A stretch of 64,000 bases of DNA from Hemiscyllium ocellatum. Its lineage: Eukaryota. Positions 1 through 12,039 of this stretch are shown here, piece by piece. Made by a program: the position numbers and the translations under genes. Below the pieces are notes generated by a model, which worked only from the letters and a program-made list of their open reading frames with translations, was not told where the DNA came from and searched no databases. Each line of letters begins with the position of its first letter. Within the stretch, counting starts at the first letter, position 1. Location of the stretch: contig NW_026867476.1 in assembly GCF_020745735.1 (NCBI RefSeq), forward strand, positions 310,001 to 374,000, in the 5' to 3' direction.

Positions 1-589
1 AGTAAAAAATATGCATAATGGTTTTGGAAGAAGGTCATGTCATTTTGAGAATTCAATATCTCTGATAAATTTGTTGCTTATTGTTCGTACTGAAATTGAG
101 CTTCTAGTCACAGAAACTCCAAAATCCAAAGTGTATGAAAATGGAATGCAAAGGTTGACTTGAACTTGTATCTTTAATTTGTCATGCACAGCTACTGAAA
201 TGCAAATGACAACATTGTTTTCTCCCCAGGATTGCGACTGTTGAATTTCGCCAGCAAGATGTGCTTTAGTTCAGATCTCCAGTTCCTTGTTTTATTGTTT
301 TGGTGCAATCAGTGATAGGAAACGTTTGTTCTGATAATATCATTGAAAGATTTTGCAATTGGAATATTGCTTTGGAAAGCTTTCGACAGTTCGACGAGCT
401 GCACGACGTTAACGATTTCTGAGTGTTATTTGAAGCACAGGACACTTTATTTTTCCTGCACGTGAGACATGCAATTGAGTATGGTTTCACCATCGAAGAG
501 GGATCCCAGCCATTTTGTTAGTTTTCCAGCTGACATCAGTCACAACAATGGTCAGATATGGAGACCCGCAGAAAACAGGTGCATTTAAC

Positions 590-930
590 CAATCATAGAC
601 GCCCTACAGCGAGAGACAGACCATGTAGCTCTTCTCGGCCATAACAATCCTCCGAAGAGCATTTCTACCAGACCCACTCCATCTGTCTTTAATCCTGTAT
701 TTTCAGTGGCTCGTGCTATTCACCAAGACTGCACAACCCCGGGCTCTAAGGGCAATATGGCATGGCTAATACACCCAACAGGCATAATTTGGTCTGTGGA
801 AGAAGACAAGTGCATTTGAAGGAAACCTAGAGAGACACGGAGAAATTAATCAAACTTCACAGTCGGTCGTCAGAGGATAGAGTCGAGCCAAGGCCTTGAT
901 TCTTTTAATGACCGAGCCAGCATGCCGCCC
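590..930 (-). mobile_element. Decayed tRNA-derived SINE (HE1-like)
   Basis: Reverse complement resembles the well-preserved SINE at 28914-29230; heavily diverged, ends approximate. Confidence 0.45.
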
Positions 931-1454
931 AACAGCAACATTTTTATGTGAACAGTTACGTTGGTGGTAATGTCTATCTTTAATCAGAGCGTTTTATTCT
1001 GAGACTCCTATATTATCAGAACTGAGCTGGACATGTTTGTCTCTGTGTCGATCGCTGGAATTCATTACAGCCAAATCACATAATCCCTAGAATGAGGAAA
1101 CAGGCCCTTTGACCCAGCAACTACACTTGATCCTCCAAAGAAGGACCCATCCATACCATTCAACTACTGTACAGTATTTACGGGAACGGGTTGTCAATAG
1201 CAATGGCAGTTACTTAAGAAAATGATTCATGGCTGACAGCAAACGTACCACAGTGAAGAAGAATGATACTAGTAAGGAGTTGAGCCAACCATGCTTTACT
1301 CAAAAACATAAAGAGAGGTTAAGAGGCAAGAGAGAGGATTGGGGATTCTTTTTTAATTACAATGGAAGATGGAGTTCTACTCCAAGAATCAAACAAAATC
1401 TCATCTGCTTGATTCAGTATGCACTTAATCAGTTGAATATGGAGGGTGGGAGGG

Positions 1455-1520
1455 GGACGGAGAAAGATACAGACAGGCAGACATAGAGAGAGGGAGAGAG
1501 GGACAGACAGACAGACAAAC

Positions 1521-1546
<26 letters not shown>
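1455..1546. repeat. (AG)n/(GACA)n microsatellite
   Basis: Directly visible; explains spurious ORFs 1229-1486 and 1446-1634. Confidence 0.9.
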
Positions 1547-1551
<5 letters not shown>

Positions 1552-2704
1552 ACCAGCGATGTTTGTCTCGTCTCAGATATAGGGCATCATTTAAAACAGC
1601 ATTACGAGAGTTCCATGTAGTCGATACATACTAACAATGGTTCCTCTGGGATCTTAATGCTATTTACTCGCCAGTTTTGATGTAGTGAGGTTTCTTGAGG
1701 TGAAGTTATCATCAGGAATATTCAGATTATACTTACTTTAAAAGTAACAGCGCTCTTGTAAAGTTATTAGTTATTTATCAGAATTGAAGCCTTACAGGTT
1801 AATCCGATTTATTGTGTCAACAAATTCCGTCCACGACCCCTTCCGCATCAGCTTCGAAACTCACAAACTCTCCAATTCAGGACAAAGAATCAAAGTTACC
1901 TGAGCAACAGAAGCTTCAAAATCCAGGCCAAAGCATACATACCATTCCGAGTTTGAACTTCATAACGATTATTGCACATCCGCCAATTGAAAATCCTAGC
2001 CGTCCCTTCTTAATATCATTGGGGTGCACACTCACTAGACTGACAGTCGGTGGCATCGTGGCAACGTCAGTGGCTTGCAATCCAGCTGCTCAGATTATGT
2101 CTTACTGTTCATGGATCCCATCGTTCCATCTGGAGGTATTTGGGCGTGAACTCTAATATGCAGTTAGAGCCTTGTGACCGGAAATGCCAAGATACTCCCA
2201 TTTGTGTGTTTTGAACAATATATTGTGTCACTTCAGTGAGTTCGTTGGTCTGTTACTCAAACACTGCTGCAATGAAGGCACATTTGGAAAATCCAACTGA
2301 TTCCCTCATCCAAACCTGGATACAGGGTAATTGGCCAAATGTTAAATGAACAATTCCTTGAATATTTTAGCTAGTTAGACAGATGTTTAATTAATAAGAG
2401 AGCCAAGGGATATAATAGTAAGGCAGTAAATGGATATTCAGATCATTAAATCATCCATAATGCCAGTGAAAAGCAGAGTTCCAAATGGACTTAATGTCCA
2501 ATAGCTTGCCCATACATCCCATACTTTATTGCTTTCTAACAGTTATTGATGAAATTCTGCTTGATGTTTATAGACATAGAAAGTTAACAATCTATGTCCC
2601 CACACAGTCACTGTAAACTGATTACATATGCATGTGAATAATCTTCATGCCACTGCTGCCTTCTAGTGGCAGCCAGTTATAATTGAGTTCAGAGGAAGTG
2701 CACA

Positions 2705-3190
2705 ATTTCGCGTCATACAGTCACAGAGATGTACAGAACTGAAAGAGATCTTTTGGTTCAATTCGTCCATGCTTTCCGGATATCCCAAACAAATCTAGCT
2801 CCATTTGAAAGAATTTTGCGCATATCAATCTAAACCCTTCCTATTCATATTCGTTCAGATTCTTTTTGAATTTTGTCATTGTACCAGCCTCAAACACTTC
2901 CTTGAGAAGTTCATTCCATACATCTGCAATACCCCTCGTGGAAAAGTTGCCTCTTAAATCCCTTTGAAGTCTTTCTCCTCTCACCTTAAACCTATGCCCT
3001 CTATGACTGGGCTCCTCCCTCCCGGAGAAGCAATCTGGTCTGATCGCCCTATCCATGATCCTCATGATTTTATGAACTTCTAAAACGTAACCCTGAGCTC
3101 CAAAGCTTCAGGAAAACAGTTCCAGCTTGTTCAGCCTCTCATTAGAGCTCAACTCTGGCAGAATTCTTGTAAATCTTTCGACAATGTGTT
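2705..3190 (-). mobile_element. CR1 LINE 3' fragment
   Basis: ORF 2841-3065 (RGHRFKVRGERLQRDLRGNFSTRGIADVWNELL) matches the CR1 ORF2 C-terminus. Confidence 0.8.
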
Positions 3191-3277
3191 CAGCTTTAAG
3201 ACAGATGTAACTAATGTAGTCACTCATTGTATGGGCATTAATTATTCATTGTTGTAATGATCTTTATATCCTTTTAG

Positions 3278-3560
3278 CAATCGAATAATGACTTCAATGA
3301 ACAAAGTATAATGCACAAAGTGGAGAGAATGGCTGCAGTGGAGTTGAACAGGGTGCAATTACAAAAGAATGTTTTCATCATCGCACAGTCAGCACAAAAA
3401 TTATAGGCTGCTCAGACTGTTTGTGTTGTGCTATTCTATGACTGACTCAGACTGCAAGTTGCTTCTCTTTACTGACTCAACAAGAAGTTACGCCACTATC
3501 GTTGTTGGTGGTCCTGAGTTGTCACACAGTGACGTGTACCACTGTACAAATGGTGTACTG
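3278..3560 (+). pseudogene. Probable highly decayed TCR-type V relic in inverted orientation
   Basis: Acceptor ttttag ends at 3277. Frame reads NDFNEQS..VERMAAVELN, (frameshift), CNY (Cys 3354-3356), SHSQ where WYRQ is expected (tcg cac agt cag, each of the first three codons one base from tgg tac agg), then DSTRSYATIVVGGPELSHSDVYHC (Cys 3543-3545). Trp-to-Cys spacing is 55 aa versus 54 and 58 in V3 and V2. No intact RSS. Confidence 0.5.
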
Positions 3561-3594
3561 ACACAAAGACAGAGCACTCTTATAGACTGTGAAT

Positions 3595-5035
3595 TTCTTT
3601 TAATAATTCTTTATTCACATGTGAGACTTGGGTGTCACTGGCTGGCCAGTATTGATAGCTCGTCCCTATTTTACCTTGAAAAGGGGGTGATGAGCTACCT
3701 TCTAAATCGCTGCAGTACACTTGCAGTAGGATAACCTACAATGCTGGTAGGGAGGAAATTCCAAGAGTTTGACCTAACGACTGTGAAGGACCAAGTCAGA
3801 GTGATGAGTGGCTTGGATGGGAACTTGCAGTTGATGTTGTTCCCAAGTACCTGCTGCGCTTTTCCATCTACATGGACATGATTGTGGGTTTTCTAGTTGC
3901 TTTCTTAGGATGCAGGGTGTAGTTCTGCAGTGCATCTTTTAAATGGTACATATACTGCTGCAACTGCGCATCAGTGGTGGAGGAATTCAATGTTTGTATA
4001 TGTAGTACCAATAAAGTGGGTCGTTTTATCCTGGATGATGTCAAGCTTGTTGAGTGTTGATCCAGCCGCACGCATTCAGGCAAGAGTGGATTGTTCCATC
4101 ATACTCGTGACTTGTGCCTTTTAGATATTGTATAGACATTGAGGTGTCAGAAGGTGAGTTACTCGTCGCAGTATCCCTAGTTACTGACCTGCTGTTGCTG
4201 CTATTGTGTTCATGCGGTGAGTCCAATTGAATTTCTGGTCAATGGCAACCAAGGATGTTGCCAGTGGGGAGTTCTGTGATGGTAGTACCCTTGAACGTCA
4301 TGGGGAGGTGGTTAGAGTGTCTCTTATTGTTGAAGATCATTGTCTGCCACTTGTGCGGCGCGAATGTTACTTGCCATTTGTCGGTCCAAGCACAGATATT
4401 TTGTAGATTGTGTTTCATTTGAGCACAGACTGCTTCAGTGCCTGAAGAGTTTCGAATGATGCTGAACACCATGCGATCATCAGCGACCATCCCACTTCTG
4501 AACTTATGACAGATCGTTGATCTGTCGATGAACCAGCTAAAGATTGTTAGATGTAGGACGTTCCCCTGAGGGACTGCTGCAGAGATGTCCTGGAACTGAG
4601 ATTTCTGACACTCCACAACCACAACTATCTTCCTTTGTGCCAGGGGTGTCTGTAACCAGCGGCGTCTTTGCCCGCTGATATCAAATGATTCCAGTTTTGT
4701 TAGGGCTCCTTGATGCTCGACTAGGTAAAATGCGGTCTTGATGTCACGGGCTGTCACTCTCCCCTCATCACTGGAATTTAGCTCTTTCATCCATGTTTGA
4801 ACCAAGGCTGTAATGAGATCCGCAGCTGACTGACCCTGGTGAAAGCCAAATTGTTCGTCACTGAGAAGGCGGTTGCTGAGCAAGTGCTGTTAGATAGCAT
4901 TGGTGATGACCTCTTCCATCACTTTACTGATGATGGAGAGGCGACTGTTTGGATAGTAATTGGCCAGGTTGGATTTATCCTTCTTTGTTGTGTACAGGAC
5001 ATACTTGTGCAATTTTCGACATTGTCGTGTAGCTG
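3595..5035 (-). mobile_element. CR1-superfamily LINE, 5'-truncated RT region plus 3' tail
   Basis: ORF 4239-4883 contains RT motifs (QFGF, DIKTAF, VPQG, ADD, W..KWQVTF). Confidence 0.85.
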
Positions 5036-5939
5036 CTGATCAGACACTCCCATGACTGCTCATGACATTCATCAACAGGGTACACATCTTCTGTAACGAA
5101 AGAGTTATTCTGAGTGTGCAGAATCTAGTAACACCTGAGGGATGCCAAGTTCTATGTGCATTCCCTATTCTGAAGAAGCAGATTATACTTGATTCGATCA
5201 TGCAGAGTCAGGAATATCTCATTTATGACTCACTTTCGAACTAGGAACCTGTCCTTTTTTTCTCAGATGTCACCAGTGGGAGCAGAGGAACTCATTAGTC
5301 TTTACACGACTTATATATCCAGATCAGGCATTTCCACAGAGGATGGAAAATGCTCATTTACGCCCTGTCACCAGAAGAAATGTCATGTGACTGAGACTTA
5401 CATCGGTGGCTCTGACTCATTAATCAATCGATACAAAACGTCTTTCATTGTTTTACCGCTGTTCAGATGTGAGTTCGATCCCGATTTCTTAATGATAGTT
5501 CAACGAAGACTGCATTGTCCTGAACCACTCAAATCTATGATTCACCATTCAGAGGCTCCAAATATGGAGGTACAAGGGCAGTAGTCAATAACCCACAACG
5601 CGTTTGACATTGTGCAAGTTACCAGAGTGATTGATTTTACTATCACGTGGCAAGTTATTGTCTCTCAAACGGAATGCTGCAATTCCCTTTGTCGGTGGAG
5701 AATTTTGTTTCACCTAAACTGGTTCATGCATGTTCTACACCACATCATCACTGAAACAGTGAAACACCGTGGGACATTTCAAAAGACACAAAATAAATTA
5801 TTTCGTTCTCATTCATTGATCTGACAGCATTAGTTCGTTTCAATAAACGGTTAAAGTTTTATGTTCAAATGAGATGCATGAGATATCACCGTGAATTCGC
5901 CAGCCTCTTCAGATCCGTCAGGCTTAGTTGCTCTATGAC

Positions 5940-5978
5940 AGTTTTTGTAAGGACACAACCCAGTTCTGAATCTCTGTG
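5940..5978 (-). other. 23-RSS of V1
   Basis: Minus strand: heptamer CACAGAG, 23-nt spacer attcagaactgggttgtgtcctt, nonamer ACAAAAACT, directly after YFCALSR. Confidence 0.95.
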
Positions 5979-6394
5979 CGGCTCAGTGCGCAGAAATACA
6001 TCGCGAAGTCGGTCAGTTCTGCTGTCAACACTTTCAACTGGATAGTGCGATTCACATGATCAAACTCCGAGGAAAACCGGTCTTCTGGATGATTCTCTGT
6101 GTTCGTGATATATTGGTTTCTGTTTAGCAGATACTCCATGGAGCAGTTGGAATGCTGACGGTACCAGAACAGATAAAGATTGCTACTTGATGTAGCTGTG
6201 TAATTACAGAATAACAGGACATCATCCGCCTCGTTCACTGTGACACAGAATCTGCACGACAAACTCCTGCCATAAAAGAGGAGTGAGAATAAATTTAAAA
6301 AGTTACTTCGTTACACTTATAGCATAGAATTAGCCCATTCAACTTGAACAATAAACAGAGGAATAAGAGAAAGTGAAGATGAACAAGAATCCAA
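5979..6394 (-). pseudogene. TCR alpha/delta-type V pseudogene (V1)
   Basis: V exon 5979-6266 has C..WYRQ..YFCAL. A 19-nt deletion in FR1 relative to V2 frameshifts it (GVCRADSVSQ*). Candidate leader exon 6343-6394 has TTG in place of ATG and its donor GT changed to TT. Confidence 0.9.
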
Positions 6395-7076
6395 TTCGTA
6401 CAACTAAGCCGTTGCGACAGGCAAGGGCTTCAACAGATGTAATAAAACATCATTGAAGGCATGGGTCACACCTTTTAAAGAGGTGAATTCCCATTTTCAC
6501 TCCCGACATAAAAGGTAAAACTAAAATAAGTCGGTGAGTTTAAGAGTCCGGCCTTTGTCTAGTCACCTCAACCTCAGTCCGGTCTGAAGTCCCAGCTTAA
6601 CTCTTCCGTGTTAGTTCACGCAGACGCGTTCGCTAATTTCTCCTAAACTGTGCTCAGTGTTGGTACAAGTTTAGATCCAGATTTTTTCAATATTGGGACA
6701 ATGTGTTGCTACTTCTGTGATGCTAGAATTTTTAGAGTATTTCTAATTCCCAACAAAGCGTTGAAGCATAAAGTTCCACAAGTTGTGCACCTACCAGTTA
6801 GAAGAGCTGCAGCTGTGAGAAGTAAACGCAGAGCTTTGGGCGACATTTTTTCAGAGATCACTATGAAAATGAGCAAAACTGGTCGAAGCTAAAATTGTTT
6901 TCGTCAACAGTCGGGACATGATTGAGTGATTTCCGGATTGTTGCTCATTGGTTCATTGTTGGCAAAGATACTAGATGACAGCCAATGGACTTCAAGTTCG
7001 TTTATACTTGAACCAAACACTTTCAATATCCTACGAACCCCACTTCATATCATGACAGTTGTAAGAAAGGAACAAA

Positions 7077-7215
7077 ATTCTGAAAATGGGTCAGTGGACT
7101 TGAAACTTTTGACTTGTTTTTCTTCTTCACAGATATTGTCAAACCTGCTGAGTTTCTCCGGATATTTTCGTTTCTGTCTCACATTTCTAGCAAGTGCAAT
7201 TCTCTGCTTTTGGTT
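7077..7215 (+). repeat. Short interspersed repeat with a decayed hammerhead-like core, probable Penelope terminal repeat (other copies ~17262-17395 +, ~19140-19270 +, ~40470-40570 -, ~59110-59205 -)
   Basis: Shared motif ctgaNga-aggGtc..gaccc-gaaac..tcttcacagat..gacctgctgagtttctcc in all copies; Penelope link is inferred from the CTGANGA..GAAA motif. Confidence 0.55.
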
Positions 7216-7279
7216 TAAATGACAAAGTGAATTTGAACAAGTGACAAAATGATAATGTTTAAACGATATGTTGTTCTTT

Positions 7280-8320
7280 AAATTTTATTATTTCTGTAGG
7301 CAAAGCCAGTGATGGAAAGTTCTTCATGTTGTTCGAGTATCAGAACTGGAGTTTCCCAGTTAACAGAGTATCTCGCTGACTGCGAGAGTTTTTTCTGGAA
7401 CTGATGCAAAGGGCCTGTGTGTCTAAGAAAATAGTCAGAAAAACAAATAAAGAAATAAATGAACGAACAAGCAAAATTTCAATAAATGTGAAAGAAAAAC
7501 GAGTTTTTCTTCGACTGCAAATGCTGGCAAGTGCCATTAGGAGGCATAGGGACTCACTGGGTCGCAAGGCTGCTTCACTGCGCTGGAGATGCATGTTAGA
7601 TTTCACCCTCCTGCGACCATCTGCGTCGAGCTTGCACATTCTTACGAAGCATTGGGTGTTCTGATATTCGCCCACAGTTCAGTGATGTGCAGGCTAGGAT
7701 GAATGACCGTGGGAAACCTGTGTTTACAGAAATAGGATGGATGTTTTCCAGAATGTAGATTGCAATCTACATTCAATTAGACTGAATGGCCTGCTTTTAG
7801 AATCGCGGGATTCAACGGTATAAAAAACTGTTTTGCTTTAACTTAACCTTGCATCATTGCAAATGTACATCATGCATTTATATCAGATGTAGTGTGCCAA
7901 AATGACTGCCCACCAACAAATTGTTATGCAATATTAGAGATGAATGTCGCCTTTGCAAGCAGCGCCCATGCAAGGGCAATGGATATTTCAAGGAAAATAT
8001 TGCACTGTTGTAAAATCTCCCTTTCTTTAATGGGAATGGTGAGAAAGCAGCGATACATGTCAACACACCATCCAACCAATGACTGAAGTGAATGTACTTC
8101 TGACAAGTTGACAGATGATGCAAAATTAAATGAAAAGTCAAGTGGTGAGCGTGACTCCAAGTGCCTGCAAGCGGACGATGACAGAGACTGCACCAATGAG
8201 TGTGATTATAACGCCTTCTCGTGGGTTCTCTCGGAAATTTGCACTGCCAGGAAATGAACGATTTATGGATGGGGCAATACCAAATGATAAATTTTCAGGG
8301 AACCATTCTTGAGATGGTTA
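7280..8320 (-). other. V-upstream homology block E1 (unidentified; paralogous to E2 and E3), interrupted by a SINE remnant at ~7660-7810
   Basis: Core ctcccT..ttNaatgggaatggtga..catgtcaa..ca..gtgtgactat..gccaggaaatga is found three times in the window. Confidence 0.75.
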
Positions 8321-9849
8321 GATTAAATAACTATTGAACTTCAAAGAAAGGCGACTATGCGATCTTTATGTTTCATTCAGTTGTAATTTAATCTGATCTT
8401 TTCTCACCATTCTCTCATGCAAAAGTATTCAGACTGCATATCCCTGCTTTGTCTTTTCTCCTTCAATGTTTCTGGCTAGACATCATTGTGGTGTATCACC
8501 TCCGTCCACCTATCCAATTGTCTTCACGTCTGACCATCTTTAACTTTTGTAAGTCGATATTTTCTGTTGTAATTTCCTCTCATTTCCCTTCGTTCGGATT
8601 TTTGGACCCCACAATAACACAGATATTTCAAATCAGCACAGCGGAATACTCGAGACGTCTGTGTAATCTTATATAAGTTTCTTCAGTATCAACCATCCCC
8701 TCTGGTGACATCCACAAACTTATTAACCATATCTTTTAAATTCTCCACTAAATCATTTACATAAAGGACAAACCTAAAGAGATGCAGCAGCTGAAGATTG
8801 TGAGTGCTATGAAGCGGAACCTGAACAAAAGCACTATTTCAATGCATCTTCATCATTTGTCCGTCTTGGTAGCAGATATCGTTCGTGTTCGAGATATTAT
8901 TGGCAGACGGTTGTTGAGTAACCACTGTGAATCTTGCGAATGGTCCATACTGCTGTCCATAGAATGTCACGACGAAAGTTGCAGGAGGAAGGTGGGATGC
9001 CTGTGAATGAGAATGCTTTGCAATTGATGTCATCGAGCATCTTAAATGGTTTTGAAAGCCACTCACTTATCATTCCAGATGCAATATTTATATCGTTAAG
9101 TAAGTTCAGTTTCAGAACTATGGTAATGCCTGAGGTTGTTGACTGTCGGAGATTCAACTGTGGTAATGCCACTGAACCTCTAGATGCAACATTTAGAATA
9201 CTTGCTGTTGCAAATGGTCACTGCATGGAACTTGGCTGATGCGAACGTTACCTTCACTTATCAGTAGAAATTTGGGTGTCGTCCTGATCTTCCATGTCAT
9301 CATGAAGGTGAACTGCTTCAATATCTAGGGAGTGGCAAATGATTCCGAACCGTGTGAAATTATCATCAAATATACCACCTTCTGACATTATGAGGGAAGG
9401 CAATTGATTAAGCAGGTGAAGATTGTTGGATGGCACAATATGGCTGCTTCCCTTTTTATTTTTCACTGCAGAAGCTGGAGTCGTGCACGCTGCACTCTGT
9501 CTGATTGCATTATGTCTGAGTGGAATGTTCCACAGAGTACTGAATGTTATGAAATACTGTCGAAAGTTTAAAGGAAGGATACAGAGTGGAAAGATTTTTT
9601 TTATCAAAGAGATTGGTTATGAGAAGCATCCTTATTCCGGCAGAGTGGAAAGAGTCGTCAAGGGAGGGACTTCCAGGGATTAGATCCTCGACAGCTCCTA
9701 GGTTGAAGTGACAGCTATGACCTGCTTCAGGGATGCACAGGAGGACAGAATTGGAGGTATGTTGTTATAGTAGGTGGTTTTAGAATTTCAAATTGATGCA
9801 ACTTGAAACATTGGTCTACTTACAAATATGAAAGTGAAATCTATCAAAG

Positions 9850-10225
9850 TGAGGCATTGCCAGGCCCGAAGCCAATGTAGGATATTGTGCCTGGGACAAG
9901 GGATGAACTGGATACTGCACATTTACCTGGAACACAAATTCGAATCCACCCTTGTCTGTGTGGAGTTTACACATTTTCCCTGCGTCTGCATAGGTATTTG
10001 CTGCGTGGTCAGAATTCCTCCCACAGTCCAAAAATATACAGGTTAGATGGGTTGACCATGCTAGATGGCATCATGTTAAGCAGGGGATATGCAGATTAGG
10101 TGAGTTAACTGTGATAAATACGGGCCTACCACGACACGGTGGGCGTAGATCGGATGCTCTTTGGAGGTTCGTTAGATACTTAATGCGCCTATCAGCCTCA
10201 TCCCACACAGTAGGGATTCTATACT
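9850..10225 (+). mobile_element. Decayed HE1-like SINE
   Basis: tgtgtggagtttacacattttccctgcgtctgc..cctcccacagtccaaa matches the SINE body at 28914. Confidence 0.7.
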
Positions 10226-10438
10226 TCTATCATGTTTGGAAGGACAAGCAGATATGAGCAGAGAGCAGAAATTGCAATTACAAATGACTTATCCAAGATT
10301 GACTCTATGTATTTTAAAAGAGTCATTGCCAGAAAGTGATTAAGGATGTTTTAAGATGATATCAATAACAGTCTGGATGAGACAAAAGCTGTCATTTGAA
10401 ATTAGAGCAGTATCATCTCGCCCTTTTGACCTCTTCCA

Positions 10439-11190
10439 TCCAGCTTGATGGCAATCATAATGCTATCCCGAGGTCAGTGTAGACACTCGCGATGAATTAC
10501 CTGCGATCTAATATCGATAGTTATCGCTGATTTCCTTGTTATTGTCACTGGATGCATTCTGAATAGGATCTGCTGCATTGACTATAGATACACTATCCTG
10601 TCTAATACACTAGTGAGTGTGTGTTTAGCGCAGTGGTGGTTTACATCAGCCGAAATGGATCAATCTGGCTGGCAGTAACCTTCAAGATTCGTTGATTTGT
10701 GGTCATCTCCTGCCAGAGTCTGAGCAGCAAATACTGCACCGAGAAAACTGCTTTGCGCCTCATGGGAGGGGTCTCCTCCTTGTTCTGCATGAAGAACTCC
10801 ACATTTTACGTTGTCTCACATCCATTGCTTATACTGGAAGTGATGCCTTCTCTCTATGTCAACAAGACAATCTTCTACACCTCGCTTACTTGGCAGATCT
10901 ACCGATACCGTGATCATATATATCTTAACTCCCGCTCATTATCGTTCTACTGCTCAACGCCCTTACCGTTAGCGTCATCATAGAGGCCAACAGGGCAGAC
11001 AAAAGGTTCCGAAGCTCTCAGAATAGTGAAGACCACGAGATGATCAAGCACAATTGTTCCATTGTTCTTCTGTTCCCAATGTCTCACAGCTTTGTATTCC
11101 TGTAGATCTCTTACGTCAGACGATTCCCCTACATTTAGGTTCGAAGACAGGACTGCCTTGGTAGTCTGGATTGGGATGACTGCCGGCATA
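10439..11190 (+). pseudogene. GPR139/142-like GPCR pseudogene (exon 2 only, 3'-truncated)
   Basis: Reads SLMAIIMLSRGQCRHSR*..ADFLVIVTGCILNRI..CQSLSSKYCTEKTA..LLNALTV..GSLDWDDCRHI, homologous to the intact GPCRs. Acceptor AG is changed to AT, with in-frame stops and frameshifts. Exon 1 was not found. Confidence 0.85.
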
Positions 11191-12035
11191 TTCAGTTCTT
11201 TTCGAACAAAATAGAACGTGTCTTCAACTACAGATCTGCAAATATAAATTCACACCATATACATACAAGCGTGTGTTCGTGCATGTGTATGAGATCTATC
11301 TCATACACATAGGGGACGGGGAGAGAAGGGGAGAGTGTGTGATTACCTGTGAGAGCGTCTGCGTGCGTGCTTGATAGTGTGTGGGCAAGTTTGATGGAGT
11401 GTTTGCCTGTGAGATGATGCACGTTTGAATATGCATGTGTAGATGCATGTGTTTGTGTGTGTCTGAGAGGCAGCATGTGCCTGAGAGAGAACATGTTCAT
11501 AAGAGACGGCCTGTGTGAATGTGCGAGTGTGTGTATAAGGGCGTACAGTGTAGTGGCGTCCCTTGGAGTACGACATGAACCCAACATGCCGGTTCAGGTC
11601 GTTCTCATTGATACTGAATTCAGTGATCAGCCTCTGCTGGACTATTCTGTGTTGTTACACATCCACAGTCTGTCTTGGAGGATGGTCACCCGAAGATCCA
11701 AAAAGAATATACTGCACGGGTGAAGTATTCTCCGACTGAGAGGGAGCATCCCTGTTTGGCGATTGCTGCACAGTGTTCATTTATTGGTTGTCTTAGCATC
11801 CACGTGGCCTCGCCATTATACTATCATGAGGGCAACCTAGCCTGCAACATACGAGAGCGACGATATTGGCCGAATCACATGAGTAACTGCCGCGTATTTG
11901 AAGGGTGGTGGCCAACGTTTAATTGTACAAACCATGTCGACGCTCTGACACGTCTTGCAATGGTGTGCTTTGGTGCTGTGTTCAATGTCATCCTGGAGGC
12001 TGGGCATTTTGTTGCGATCAATGGTTTGTTTATAC
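11190..12035 (-). mobile_element. Penelope-like element 3' part (GIY-YIG region plus CA-rich tail)
   Basis: Minus strand encodes HHCKTCQSVDM..QIRGSYSCDSANIV..CRLGCP; tail gaatttatatttgcagat..ttctattttgttc matches the tail of the adjacent plus copy. Confidence 0.75.
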
Positions 12036-12039
12036 AAAT

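Noticed and set aside
266-493. ORF 266-493 and other short ORF-track entries
   Set aside because: No recognisable domain; most short ORFs are antisense or out-of-frame shadows of LINEs, GPCR exons or microsatellites.
1905-1950. Possible minus-strand V leader exon (MYALAWILKLLLL ag|gtaact)
   Set aside because: Wrong intron phase, or a stop in the phase-1 frame, and no downstream V exon found.
7280-8320. Assigning block E to V2R, ORA/V1R or MHC class I
   Set aside because: Only short fortuitous resemblances (SPFP, LMALAS, HSLQ) with incompatible spacing.
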